A stretch of DNA of 64,000 bases, from NCBI GenBank assembly GCA_945861565.1, contig CAMAUY010000005.1:9749-73748 (forward strand). The letters are read 5' to 3'. The position numbers were made by a program, and so were the translations under genes. The notes beneath the pieces were generated by a model. That model worked only from the letters and a program-made list of their open reading frames with translations, searched no databases and was not told the DNA's origin. Positions 1 to 8,686 of this stretch are shown here, in pieces (within the stretch, counting starts at the first letter, position 1; every line of letters begins with the position of its first letter). This stretch comes from Akkermansia muciniphila (GTDB taxonomy: Bacteria > Verrucomicrobiota > Verrucomicrobiia > Limisphaerales > UBA9464).

Positions 1-203
1 GAGATCTTGAGTCCGTTTTCGGACGCTAGAACCCGGTTCCAGGCGCAGCCAACTCAGTTAGTACCGAGAGATACGCCCCTCCGCTGATCAACGAGAATTA
101 TTCCTTTCCAGCGCCAATTCTTAATTGTCGTTTCACACCCCGCCGGGAAGCTATCAATTGCCGCTCGCCAGGCCGGGCTTCGCGACGCAGGCTGCCCGCA
201 TTC

Positions 204-1547
204 ATGAAACCGGCTCTCCTCTGGAAGAATCTCGTCCTGCGTTATGGACTCATGTTTCTGACCGCAACCGCGGGCGCTGAGGACTGGCCACAATGGCTCG
301 GGCCGCAGCGCGATGGGGTTTGGCGCGAAACCGGCATCGTCGAGAAGCTGCCCACGAACGGATTGAAATTCCGCTGGCGCACGCCCATTGGCGGCGGCTA
401 CAGCGGGCCGGCGGTGGCGAAGGGCCGCGTGTATGTCATGGACCGGCACCTTGCGACCGGCGCGAAGAATCCATCGAACGCCTTCGCGCGCGGCGAGATT
501 CCCGGCAATGAACGCATCCTTTGCCTGGATGAAGTCGACGGAAGAATCCTCTGGCAGCACGAATATGACTCGGCTTACACCGTGAGCTACGCGTCCGGCC
601 CGCGCGTCACGCCCGCGGTGGCGGACGGAAAAGTCTATACGCTCGGCAGTGAAGGCCATCTCCTTTGCCTCGACGCGATAAAGGGCACTGCACTCTGGTC
701 GCACGATTTCAAAAAGGATTTCGGCATCAAGACGCCGGTGTGGGGGTTCGCCGGCCATCCGCTCGTCGATGGCAAGAAACTCATCTGTCTGGCCGGTGGT
801 AATGGCAGCGTGGCCGTGGCGTACGACAAGGATACCGGCATGGAAATCTGGCGCGCTCTCAGCGCCAAGGAGCCGGGCTACGCGCCGCCGATGATTTATG
901 AATTCGGCGGCAAACGGCAGCTCATTTTCTGGCATCCCGAGGCCGTGAACGCGCTCGAACCGGAGACAGGCAAGGTCATCTGGACGTACCCACTCACGCC
1001 GTCGGTGCGCTCCGGCATGAGCATTCCCAGTCCCCGCAAAGTCGGCGACCTGTTGTTCCTCACGTCGTTCTATAACGGCTCGTTGCTGCTGCGCGTTGGT
1101 GCGGATCAGGCCGCGCTCGTCTGGCAGAGCAAGAAGGTGAGCGAGATGGACACGGACGGATTGCACAGCGTCATGGCGACGCCGCTCATCGAGGGGGGCT
1201 ACATCTACAGTCCATGCAGCTACGGCCAGTTCCGCTGCCTGAAGCTGGAGACCGGCGAGCGCCTTTGGGAAACCTTCGCGCTGACCAGCGGCAAGTCCGC
1301 GCGCTGGGGCCACGCTTTCATCGTCAAGCAGGGCGAGCGCAGTTTTATCTTCAACGAGCAGGGCGACCTCATCCTCGCCAGACTTACGCCGGAGAAATAC
1401 GAGGACCTTGGCCGCGCGCACCTGCTCGATCCCGTCAACAACGATCCTGGCCGGCTGGTCGTCTGGTCGCACCCTGCCTTCGCGAACCGATCCATCTACG
1501 CGCGCAATGACAAGGAGATTGTTTGCGTGTCGCTCGCCGCGGAATGA
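204..1547 (+). CDS. PQQ-like beta-propeller repeat protein, secreted
   Basis: ATG at 204. N-terminal signal-like segment (LMFLTATAGA), then DWPQWLGPQRDG and repeated W-rich blade motifs typical of PQQ/BamB-like propellers. Confidence 0.8.
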   Translation: MKPALLWKNLVLRYGLMFLTATAGAEDWPQWLGPQRDGVWRETGIVEKLPTNGLKFRWRTPIGGGYSGPAVAKGRVYVMDRHLATGAKNPSNAFARGEIPGNERILCLDEVDGRILWQHEYDSAYTVSYASGPRVTPAVADGKVYTLGSEGHLLCLDAIKGTALWSHDFKKDFGIKTPVWGFAGHPLVDGKKLICLAGGNGSVAVAYDKDTGMEIWRALSAKEPGYAPPMIYEFGGKRQLIFWHPEAVNALEPETGKVIWTYPLTPSVRSGMSIPSPRKVGDLLFLTSFYNGSLLLRVGADQAALVWQSKKVSEMDTDGLHSVMATPLIEGGYIYSPCSYGQFRCLKLETGERLWETFALTSGKSARWGHAFIVKQGERSFIFNEQGDLILARLTPEKYEDLGRAHLLDPVNNDPGRLVVWSHPAFANRSIYARNDKEIVCVSLAAE

Positions 1548-1621
1548 GGAGCCGAGGCCCAAGGCCCAATGTCATCGGCGCCAAGCCTCGGTTACGCGGC
1601 ACGAACGAATCCCGCCCGGCG

Positions 1622-1795
1622 TGGGGCAACGTGCTCTATCTCTGCACTGGCTATGTGGGCGACAAAGTAAATCCGAACAAGCCGGTGTATGCCCTTCGCC
1701 CCGGCGGCGCCGGTAATCTTGCCTTGAAGGACGGCGAGCGCCAGAACCCGTTCATCGCCTGGATGGAACCGAATGCGGCACCGTATAACCCCGGG
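1622..1795 (+). pseudogene. Possible remnant of a second beta-propeller (PQQ-like) gene
   Basis: Frame of ORF 1523..1948 reads WGNVLYLCTGYVGDK..VYALRPGGAGNLALKDGERQNPFIAWMEPNAAPYNP. This resembles an internal blade of PVC PQQ-like proteins. It has no credible start and runs into the 3' end of ppk2 on the other strand. Confidence 0.3.
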
Positions 1796-1798
1796 AGC

Positions 1799-2590
1799 TC
1801 AGAACCGTATCTTGGAGAAATCCTCGGACGGTTTCGGCCATTTCAAATCCAGGGATTCCAGGGTGTCGCAGACCGTGCTGGCGACGACATAGTCCCGGTA
1901 CCAATTGCGATCCGCCGGCACCACGTACCACGGCGCATGCCGGGTTGAGCAACGATTCAAAACATCCTCATACGCCTGCTGGAAATCGTCCCAGCGCTTC
2001 CTCATTTCCACGTCGGCCGCGGCAAACTTCCACTGTTTCGTCGGATCGTCGAGCCGTTCTTGCAACCGCGCCGCCTGTTCCCGCTTCGAGATGTGTAGAA
2101 AGAACTTCAGGACATGGTAGCCATTTTCGGTTAGAATTTTTTCAAACGCATTAATGTGATCGTAGCGCTTCTGCCACACTTCCTTGGGTGCGAGATTCAA
2201 GACCCGGACAACCAGAACATCTTCGTAGTGGGAACGGTTCCACACACCCAAGTTTCCGTGGCGCGGTAGCGCCTTGTGCACGCGCCAGAGAAAGTCGTGT
2301 GCCCTCTCCTCGGCACTCGGCATTTTGAAGGCGGTAAATTCGACACCCGACGGATTCACGAATTCCAATACCCGTCGGGAGGTCCCGTCCTTGCCACTCG
2401 TATCGACTCCCTGGAGCACAATCACGATTCCCTGGGTTCCGTTAGCATAGAGTTTTGGCTGCAATTCTCCGATGCGCTGACAAAGCCTTAATGTCTTTGC
2501 GACGGTTTGCGCCTTGTTCAGACTTTCGCAGTAGTCGGGTGCGAAGTCGCGGAGATGGAGCGTGGGTTTTGCGATCAGCGCTTGTTTCAT
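1799..2590 (-). CDS. ppk2: Polyphosphate kinase 2 family (PPK2) phosphotransferase
   Basis: Walker-A-like GVDTSGKDG, FLWRVHKALP and NRSHYEDVL motifs. I chose the internal ATG at 2590 (MKQALI...). The longer ORF start at 2653 would read through the 52-bp repeat. Confidence 0.85.
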   Translation of the reverse strand: MKQALIAKPTLHLRDFAPDYCESLNKAQTVAKTLRLCQRIGELQPKLYANGTQGIVIVLQGVDTSGKDGTSRRVLEFVNPSGVEFTAFKMPSAEERAHDFLWRVHKALPRHGNLGVWNRSHYEDVLVVRVLNLAPKEVWQKRYDHINAFEKILTENGYHVLKFFLHISKREQAARLQERLDDPTKQWKFAAADVEMRKRWDDFQQAYEDVLNRCSTRHAPWYVVPADRNWYRDYVVASTVCDTLESLDLKWPKPSEDFSKIRF

Positions 2591-2602
2591 GGCCCCATTC
2601 TG

Positions 2603-2655
2603 CATCAAAAAAAAGGGCTGAAAACTGAATCTTTTCAGATTTTTGTCCCACACCC
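2603..2655. repeat. 52/53-bp AT-rich hairpin element, copy 1 (second copy at 48610..48661)
   Basis: catcaaaaaaaagggctgaaaactgaatcttttcagatttttgtcccacaccc. Identical to the copy at 48610 except for one G indel. Contains the hairpin ctgaaaa/ttttcag flanked by an A-run and a T-run, so it can act as a terminator in either direction. Confidence 0.9.
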
Positions 2656-2680
2656 TTTTCGATAATCGAGCCGGCTGACC

Positions 2681-4261
2681 TCAGACGAGCCAACGGAATG
2701 GATCAAGCTGGGTGAAAATCAACGGCATCGAGCGGATCCGGGTATCGTCGCCGGTTGCTTGCGTTCCAAGCAGAGTCGCCACCTGCCGGAGATGCTGGTC
2801 GAGGCGATTCCGTGCATAGTCGGGGGCGGTCTTTTGCTCGATCAGAAAAGGCCAGTCGCTCGCCTGACTGAGCAATAATTCCCGGGCGGCATCCTCGAGA
2901 CGTGACCGCTCAAATGGGGCCGGACGACGAAGCGCCGCTTGGAGTCGCTGGGACAAATGACGGAGGGGACGCTGGTATTGAGCGTTGGATGGGTCCAACC
3001 AGACCGACCAGTAGCCGCCGTTGCCCCAACTCGAGGGCGTGGGCGAGATGGTTTCGGTGGGAGGCTGACGTAGGCGATATTCGTCCGGGGAGACCATTCG
3101 AATGCAAGAGTTGGGTGCGCAGCAGCCACGGACGACAGCATCCAGGAACTCCGGGCCTTCAAACCACCAGTGCCCGAACAGTTCGGCGTCGTAGGCTGCG
3201 ACGACGATCGGTGGCGCGTCCATCGACGGTTGAGCGGCTGCAAAAATTCGCCTCCGTTCATCGAGAAAATGGCGGGCATGTTCGCGGACACGTTCCAGCG
3301 CGACGGAGCGGTCGTAGGGGCGTTTGGCACCGGTGCCGCCGGTGATCGCATCGTACTTGATACCGGTCGGGAGGCGGGCGTTGGGCAGAGGCGAGAAATC
3401 CCGCAAGTATTCTGGCTCGACTTCATTGGCGAGGTCGGTATGAAATTCTCGATAGGTGGGATCCCCGGGATAGCCGTCCGATCGGCTCCACACCTGCCGG
3501 GCCGAAGAGGGATCCCGAGCAAATGCGGTCAGTCCGTGGAGCGTTCGAACGGGGGCGAGGGTGGCGTGTCGCGGAAGAGGGCGGGCTTGGCTGAATCCGT
3601 GCGACTCGACGATGAACCACTGAATCTGTCCTTCGACAAGGACCGGTTCAACCTCGGGAACGTAAGCGCATTCGGGAAGCCAGAAGCCGCCGGGGTTGCG
3701 GCCGAATCGGCGACGGTACTCGGCAATTCCGGTGAGAATTTGGCCGCGAAGCGCAAAGGGGTCGTCGACGAACAACGGCAGAACGGCGTGTGTGGCGGCG
3801 GATGCCACGATTTCGAGATGACCGTCGCGATGGTGCCGGTCGAACGCAGACGGGAGATCAGCCTGACTAGCGTCCCACAGTTCCAAGCCGTCGCGATAGC
3901 GTTGTTCGTAGAAACGGGCTAGTCTTTGGCGCGGTCGATCGCCCGCCAGCCGGCGCTGTTCGGCTTGGCAAAGTTCAACATGTTGGGCGAGATAGCGTCG
4001 GATGCGCGACTGGAGCAAGCGGTTGTCCAGCATGGCCACGAGTGTGGCGGTGAGGGTGAGGGTTAATCGCCAAGGGATGCGCTCCCGGGACCAGCCATCC
4101 ATGAGACGAAGCAGGGGGAGATAACACTCCGCCGTGGCCTCGAAAAGCCACTGTTCCTCCACGGAATATTCATGCTCCGGATGTTGTACCCAGGGCAAGT
4201 GGGCGTGGAGGATCAAGGCCAGATCGCCGCCGGGGAGGGGATCCGCGAGGTGCAGAGGCAT
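2681..4261 (-). CDS. Glycoside hydrolase family 57 protein (1,4-alpha-glucan branching enzyme type)
   Basis: N-terminus DLALILHAHLPWVQHPE...EEQWLFEATAECYLPLL is typical of GH57 branching enzymes. About 526 aa. Confidence 0.8.
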   Translation of the reverse strand: MPLHLADPLPGGDLALILHAHLPWVQHPEHEYSVEEQWLFEATAECYLPLLRLMDGWSRERIPWRLTLTLTATLVAMLDNRLLQSRIRRYLAQHVELCQAEQRRLAGDRPRQRLARFYEQRYRDGLELWDASQADLPSAFDRHHRDGHLEIVASAATHAVLPLFVDDPFALRGQILTGIAEYRRRFGRNPGGFWLPECAYVPEVEPVLVEGQIQWFIVESHGFSQARPLPRHATLAPVRTLHGLTAFARDPSSARQVWSRSDGYPGDPTYREFHTDLANEVEPEYLRDFSPLPNARLPTGIKYDAITGGTGAKRPYDRSVALERVREHARHFLDERRRIFAAAQPSMDAPPIVVAAYDAELFGHWWFEGPEFLDAVVRGCCAPNSCIRMVSPDEYRLRQPPTETISPTPSSWGNGGYWSVWLDPSNAQYQRPLRHLSQRLQAALRRPAPFERSRLEDAARELLLSQASDWPFLIEQKTAPDYARNRLDQHLRQVATLLGTQATGDDTRIRSMPLIFTQLDPFRWLV

Positions 4262-4270
4262 TGCCGCGGC

Positions 4271-5209
4271 TCAGGCAGTGGCGGAATCCCGTTTGAGAAA
4301 ATCGAGATAGGCGCGAAGTCGCTCCTTCAATTCTTTCCGGGGCACTATCGAGTCGACGAGACCGCGCTCGCGCAGGAACTCAGACGTTTGGAATCCCGGC
4401 GGCAATTCGGCTTGGGTAGTGTCCTTAATCACGCGTGGCCCAGCAAATCCGATCATTGCGCCCGGTTCAGCGAGGATCAGATCTCCGACGCTCGCAAAAC
4501 TGGCCATGACTCCGGCGTAGCACGGGTGAACCAGAACGCTGATATAGGGCAGGCGCTTTTTCGCATGGTACGCGAGTGCTCCGCAGGTCTTGGCCATTTG
4601 CATCAGGCTGAACATGCCTTCATACATGCGTGCGCCGCCGCTGGTTGAAAATAGGATGACCGGCAGACCCTGGTCCGTGCCCGCTTCGATCAATCGAGCC
4701 AGCTTTTCGCCAACCACGCTGCCCATGGATCCGCCGAGGAAACTAAAGTCCATGACGCCGAGTGCGATTCGGTGATTAGCAAGCTTACCAATCCCAGTGA
4801 TGACCGCATCCTTGAGCAGGCTCGACTTACGGTTTGCGGCCAGCTTCGCCTCGTAGGAGGCAGCACCCGTGAAACGGAGGACGTCGACGCTTTCCATCTC
4901 TGGATCCATTTCCTCGAACGAACAGGTTTCCACCAATGAATGAATCCGCTCTCGCGCACTGATGGGAAAATGATGCTCGCACTTCGGGCAGATCTTTAAG
5001 TTCGCGTCGAGCTCCTTGTCGTAAATCAGGTTGTCGCACTTGGGGCACTTGGTCCAGAGACCTTCCGGAATGTCTCGTTTCCTGCCCCGGCCCGCGCCCA
5101 TTTTCGGCTTTCTTAAAAATGCGCTGTCCGCGGTGGCGGGCGGCGGTGTGACCGCAGGTTCCACCGGATCCGTTACCACCGTCCGTTGTTTATGTGCCGA
5201 ATTAGCCAT
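4271..5209 (-). CDS. accD: Acetyl-CoA carboxylase carboxyltransferase subunit beta
   Basis: Zinc ribbon CPKC..(x)..CPKCEHH followed by a carboxyltransferase domain (GGSMGSVVGEK, GGARMYEG). Confidence 0.9.
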   Translation of the reverse strand: MANSAHKQRTVVTDPVEPAVTPPPATADSAFLRKPKMGAGRGRKRDIPEGLWTKCPKCDNLIYDKELDANLKICPKCEHHFPISARERIHSLVETCSFEEMDPEMESVDVLRFTGAASYEAKLAANRKSSLLKDAVITGIGKLANHRIALGVMDFSFLGGSMGSVVGEKLARLIEAGTDQGLPVILFSTSGGARMYEGMFSLMQMAKTCGALAYHAKKRLPYISVLVHPCYAGVMASFASVGDLILAEPGAMIGFAGPRVIKDTTQAELPPGFQTSEFLRERGLVDSIVPRKELKERLRAYLDFLKRDSATA

Positions 5210-5258
5210 GGATTCGTGCTATCTCTTACTCGGGTTTCCCGCTTCGGATCTGCCGACA

Positions 5259-6077
5259 TCAGTACGCCGCTCGCGCGAGCGACCATACACAAACCCTGGC
5301 GGCACCGCTGTTTTTTAGAATCTTTGCCACGGCGCTGGTTGTGGCGCCGGTCGTCAAGACGTCATCAAACACTACGCAAGCAAGGCCGTCGAGCCTCCTG
5401 TCAGAGAGCCGTTCAAAGGCGTTTCTCACGTTTTTTGTCCGGGCGACCCGCGAGAGAGCGGTTTGGGTGTCGGTTCGTTCGATTCGTCGGACCAGTTGAG
5501 TGGTCAAAGGAATTCCGGTGGCGAGTGCCAGCGGCCGGGCCAGGCGCTCAGCCTGATTGAATCCTCGCTCCCGTCGGCGGATAGGATGAAGAGGCACGGG
5601 CACGATCAGATCCCACTCCGTTGGCAGAAGGAAAGGGGATGCCTGCCGGGTCAGGACACGGATGAAATAAGGTTCCAGCCACTGGGCATCCCGATATTTG
5701 TAGCGGTGAATGAGATCCATGAGAAACGGGTTGGCCACCGACGCGGCCCGGGCGAATTCAAAATGGAACCGGGTGTCTCGACAGTTTTCACAGTCGAAAA
5801 AATCGCTGATGGCACCGGGGTAGGGCAATCCACAACGGCGGCAGAACGGAGGGGCCACTACGCGCAACTTCCCCTGACATTCTCGGCAAACGTAGCCTTC
5901 GGAGGGGTGCGCGTGCCTGCCGTCGCAAGCCTGACACCAAGCTGGGTAGAGCAGTCCCAAGGCACCTTCGACCGAGGGCTGGGTCGCCGCGGCTACGCGT
6001 TGGCAGAATGCACGGGCGACGGCGAGAAGGGGATCGAATGGATCAGTGCGCATGGGAGGATCGAACGGATCTGACAA
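5259..6077 (-). CDS. comF: ComF family protein (phosphoribosyltransferase-like)
   Basis: N-terminal double Cys zinc-ribbon region, RGFNQAERLA, and the PRTase motif VFDDVLTTGATT. Confidence 0.8.
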   Translation of the reverse strand: MSDPFDPPMRTDPFDPLLAVARAFCQRVAAATQPSVEGALGLLYPAWCQACDGRHAHPSEGYVCRECQGKLRVVAPPFCRRCGLPYPGAISDFFDCENCRDTRFHFEFARAASVANPFLMDLIHRYKYRDAQWLEPYFIRVLTRQASPFLLPTEWDLIVPVPLHPIRRRERGFNQAERLARPLALATGIPLTTQLVRRIERTDTQTALSRVARTKNVRNAFERLSDRRLDGLACVVFDDVLTTGATTSAVAKILKNSGAARVCVWSLARAAY

Positions 6078-6124
6078 GAAGAAAAGATCCGTCGCGGACG
6101 CAGGATTTCAAAAAATTGCGAGCG

Positions 6125-6610
6125 TTACGCGATCCACAGCGTGCGCAGTCCGAAAACGCAGAGGATGACGATCGCGAGCATGAAAACGCGGCCGAAGTTG
6201 TGGAAGCTGAGCGTCAGCACCAGGGAAGGGAGCATCGCCAGTACGAGCAGGATGAACGCGCTGACGCGCGCCCAGTTGGCGTGGGCGTGCAGGCCGCGAC
6301 CGGTGAACCAGCAGGCGATGGCGAGGACAAGCCCGACGCTGGCAATGATGGCGAGGCCGCCGAGGACGAATTGCCCCAGTGACCCGGCGGCACGATCGAG
6401 TGCTCCACTGGCTCCGGTCATCCCCTTGAGCAGGAGCAGGAGGGCGTCGGGATTTTCGCCAAAGTTGGATCCCGACGGCTTTCCAGCGTTGAGGCGATGG
6501 CGGATTGCGTTAGCGGCGTAGAGCAGCAGGACCGCAAATGACGGAATGCCGATGGCGGCACCGGTCACGGCAAAACCGGTGGCGAGCGTCGAGAGGGTGA
6601 CCGGGTTCAT
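6125..6610 (-). CDS. Hypothetical integral membrane protein (about 4 TM segments)
   Basis: ATG start and four long hydrophobic stretches. No recognisable family. Confidence 0.55.
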   Translation of the reverse strand: MNPVTLSTLATGFAVTGAAIGIPSFAVLLLYAANAIRHRLNAGKPSGSNFGENPDALLLLLKGMTGASGALDRAAGSLGQFVLGGLAIIASVGLVLAIACWFTGRGLHAHANWARVSAFILLVLAMLPSLVLTLSFHNFGRVFMLAIVILCVFGLRTLWIA

Positions 6611-6653
6611 GGATCGTTCGCGGTGGGCTGCGGCCTATCGCTGGATCGCTGGG

Positions 6654-7079
6654 TCACGCCGGCCATGGAAATTTCACCGACTTCGGTGCATCCGCTGTGC
6701 CGTCGAATTTGCGCAACTGAATGAAGATCTCGATCTCGGACGGCTGGCCGTCCTGCACATGAACGCGGAACTGGATAATGCGCGCGTCACTGGCGCTGGG
6801 ATCAAAACTGTAGCCCCATTGAAACCACGGCTTGCCCTGCGCGCCGGTCGAGCGGGCGTTGCTCGTCATCATGGCGGGTTCAAATACGCCGCCAGCAGTC
6901 TGCGACGACTTGATGCGTACGCGCCAGTCGCCGTTGCTATCGGTTTCTTTGTAAGCCACGAACGCGTAATCGCAGTTCAGGACGGCGTCGTAAGCGGCGG
7001 CGTAGGCGAGTTGTTGATACGTGGCGCCGCCGGGAACGGACGCGGGGGTTTCGATGAGTTGAGTGGATTTGTTGCTCAT
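6654..7079 (-). CDS. Hypothetical soluble protein, 141 aa
   Basis: ATG start and clean ORF, preceded by a conspicuously AT-rich upstream region (7080..7197). No signal peptide and no motif I recognise. Confidence 0.55.
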   Translation of the reverse strand: MSNKSTQLIETPASVPGGATYQQLAYAAAYDAVLNCDYAFVAYKETDSNGDWRVRIKSSQTAGGVFEPAMMTSNARSTGAQGKPWFQWGYSFDPSASDARIIQFRVHVQDGQPSEIEIFIQLRKFDGTADAPKSVKFPWPA

Positions 7080-7197
7080 TTTGATGTTATCAGTAGCTTA
7101 TCCTTAATATTTATATCACTAGCATTCCACAGGATTTGGAAAAGAATTGGCGGATCTGACGTGGGGAGTCGCACGGGATAAAGCGAGAGGCGGCGGG
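7080..7197 (-). promoter_or_regulatory. AT-rich putative promoter region for the 7079..6125 gene pair
   Basis: ttttgatgttatcagtagcttatccttaatatttatatcactagcattcc stands out against the GC-rich background. It lies between the DUF1501 stop and the start of the 141-aa ORF. Confidence 0.3.
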
Positions 7198-8664
7198 CTA
7201 GGCCAGAATCGCCCTGATCGGCCCGCCTTCGGGCACAATGGGACGCGGACGCCCGTCCAACGATTCCAGCATCCGATGCGTGTCGATACCCATCGCGCTA
7301 TAGAGGGTCGCGATCAGATCCCCCGGGGAGACCGGTTTTGAATCGACGTGAATCGCCCGCGGGTCCGAGGAGCCATACACGAGACCGTGCTTCACTCCGG
7401 CGCCGGTGAGCAGGACATTCTGCAGGTAGGACCAATGATCCCGGCCTCCGCGGGGGTTAACCCGTGGAGACCGGCCCATCTCCCCCATTACCACCACGAG
7501 AGTTTCGTCCAACAATCCTCGTGAACTTAGGTCCTCACAGAGAGCGGAGTAGACCTGATCCAGAGCCGGGAGATGATGGTCTTTCAGCACGGGGAAATGT
7601 TTTTCGTGCGTGTCCCATGCGGTCGGATCGTTGCCCTGTTTTTCGAAAGATTCCCAGGAGACGGTGACGAATCGGACGCCGCGTTCAACGAGGCGTCGAG
7701 CGGTCAAGGCGGCTTCGCCATACAGGTGACGGCCATAACGATCGCGGAGGGAAGGTTGCTCCTCGTCCAGATTAAACGCCTGCCACGGACTGGCGGCTCC
7801 CTGACGGTTGGAGAGTATGTGGAATGCTTTTTTCTGGAAATCGTCGAATCGTCGGTACTCGGCGCTGTTTCCAAGGAGTTCCGCTTTCTTTCCCAGTTGT
7901 TCGGCGAGATTGAAACGGCTGCGAAACCGATCCAGGGCCAGGTCGGGTCCCAGGGTCGTCGAGGGCACGCGCATGCGACCCACCGGCTCCATGCGAGTAT
8001 CGTAGAAATCCTGGGCGTCATACTTGACGGTGATTTCGCAATCCGTGAAGAGCGGGTCGAATTGGCGGCCCAGGAATCCGCCGTAAGGTCCCGGTCGAAC
8101 GATGAGTTGTCCCCAGCCCGGAAAACACGGCATCCAGACGGAGGCAGGAGCCCCTTTCTGCTCGTCGCGGGCGAGATATTCGATCACCGAATTGATCCCG
8201 GGCGCCTGAGTCGGCAGTACCGGGACCAGGGATTCGATGCGATCGGGCGGTGCTCCGGTAATGGTATGCAGGAGGCCAGCACTGTGATCGTTGGAATCGT
8301 GAGTAAATGAACGGATCAACGTGGAGCGGTTCATCCACTTGGCCATCTGCGGCAGGTATTCACAAAAGTGAACGCCGGGAACCGAGGTGGGAATGGATCC
8401 GAATTCGCCCCGGTACTCGCGCGGGGCGTTCGGCTTCGGATCGAAGGTTTCCTGAACCGGCGGTCCACCAAAGAGAAAGAGCAAGATGACGGACTTTGCC
8501 CTCCCGGACTGGGAATTCAGCGGCAGCGTTGCCTCGGCGTGCAACAATTCCGGCAGGGACATTCCGAGTAGGCTCAATCCACCGGCGCGCAACATCTCGC
8601 GCCGCGAGAGGCCACCGCAGACCGTCTTTGTTGAGCCAAGAACGCGGATCATGGGATCAGCCAT
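7198..8664 (-). CDS. DUF1501 domain protein (sulfatase-like fold) with Tat-type signal
   Basis: SRREMLRAGGLSLLG twin-arginine region, GGPPVQETFDPKP, GGRDHW near the C-terminus. Paralogous to 43723..45084. Confidence 0.85.
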   Translation of the reverse strand: MADPMIRVLGSTKTVCGGLSRREMLRAGGLSLLGMSLPELLHAEATLPLNSQSGRAKSVILLFLFGGPPVQETFDPKPNAPREYRGEFGSIPTSVPGVHFCEYLPQMAKWMNRSTLIRSFTHDSNDHSAGLLHTITGAPPDRIESLVPVLPTQAPGINSVIEYLARDEQKGAPASVWMPCFPGWGQLIVRPGPYGGFLGRQFDPLFTDCEITVKYDAQDFYDTRMEPVGRMRVPSTTLGPDLALDRFRSRFNLAEQLGKKAELLGNSAEYRRFDDFQKKAFHILSNRQGAASPWQAFNLDEEQPSLRDRYGRHLYGEAALTARRLVERGVRFVTVSWESFEKQGNDPTAWDTHEKHFPVLKDHHLPALDQVYSALCEDLSSRGLLDETLVVVMGEMGRSPRVNPRGGRDHWSYLQNVLLTGAGVKHGLVYGSSDPRAIHVDSKPVSPGDLIATLYSAMGIDTHRMLESLDGRPRPIVPEGGPIRAILA

Positions 8665-8686
8665 AGCTTCTTATTTGATATGTTTA

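Noticed and set aside
1-203. Possible partial gene at the left edge.
   Set aside because: All six frames are closed by stops within the first about 90 nt or lack a start. Treated as intergenic.
54-1562. 502-aa minus-strand ORF covering the PQQ-like gene. Similar long antisense ORFs occur at 12543..13970, 14509..15684, 34197..35579, 53322..54833, 57914..58624, 59684..60475, 60842..61771 and 62563..63273.
   Set aside because: Each lies antisense to a gene with clear family motifs. Their translations are Arg/Pro/Gly-rich with no motifs, the usual stop-poor antisense frames of GC-rich DNA.
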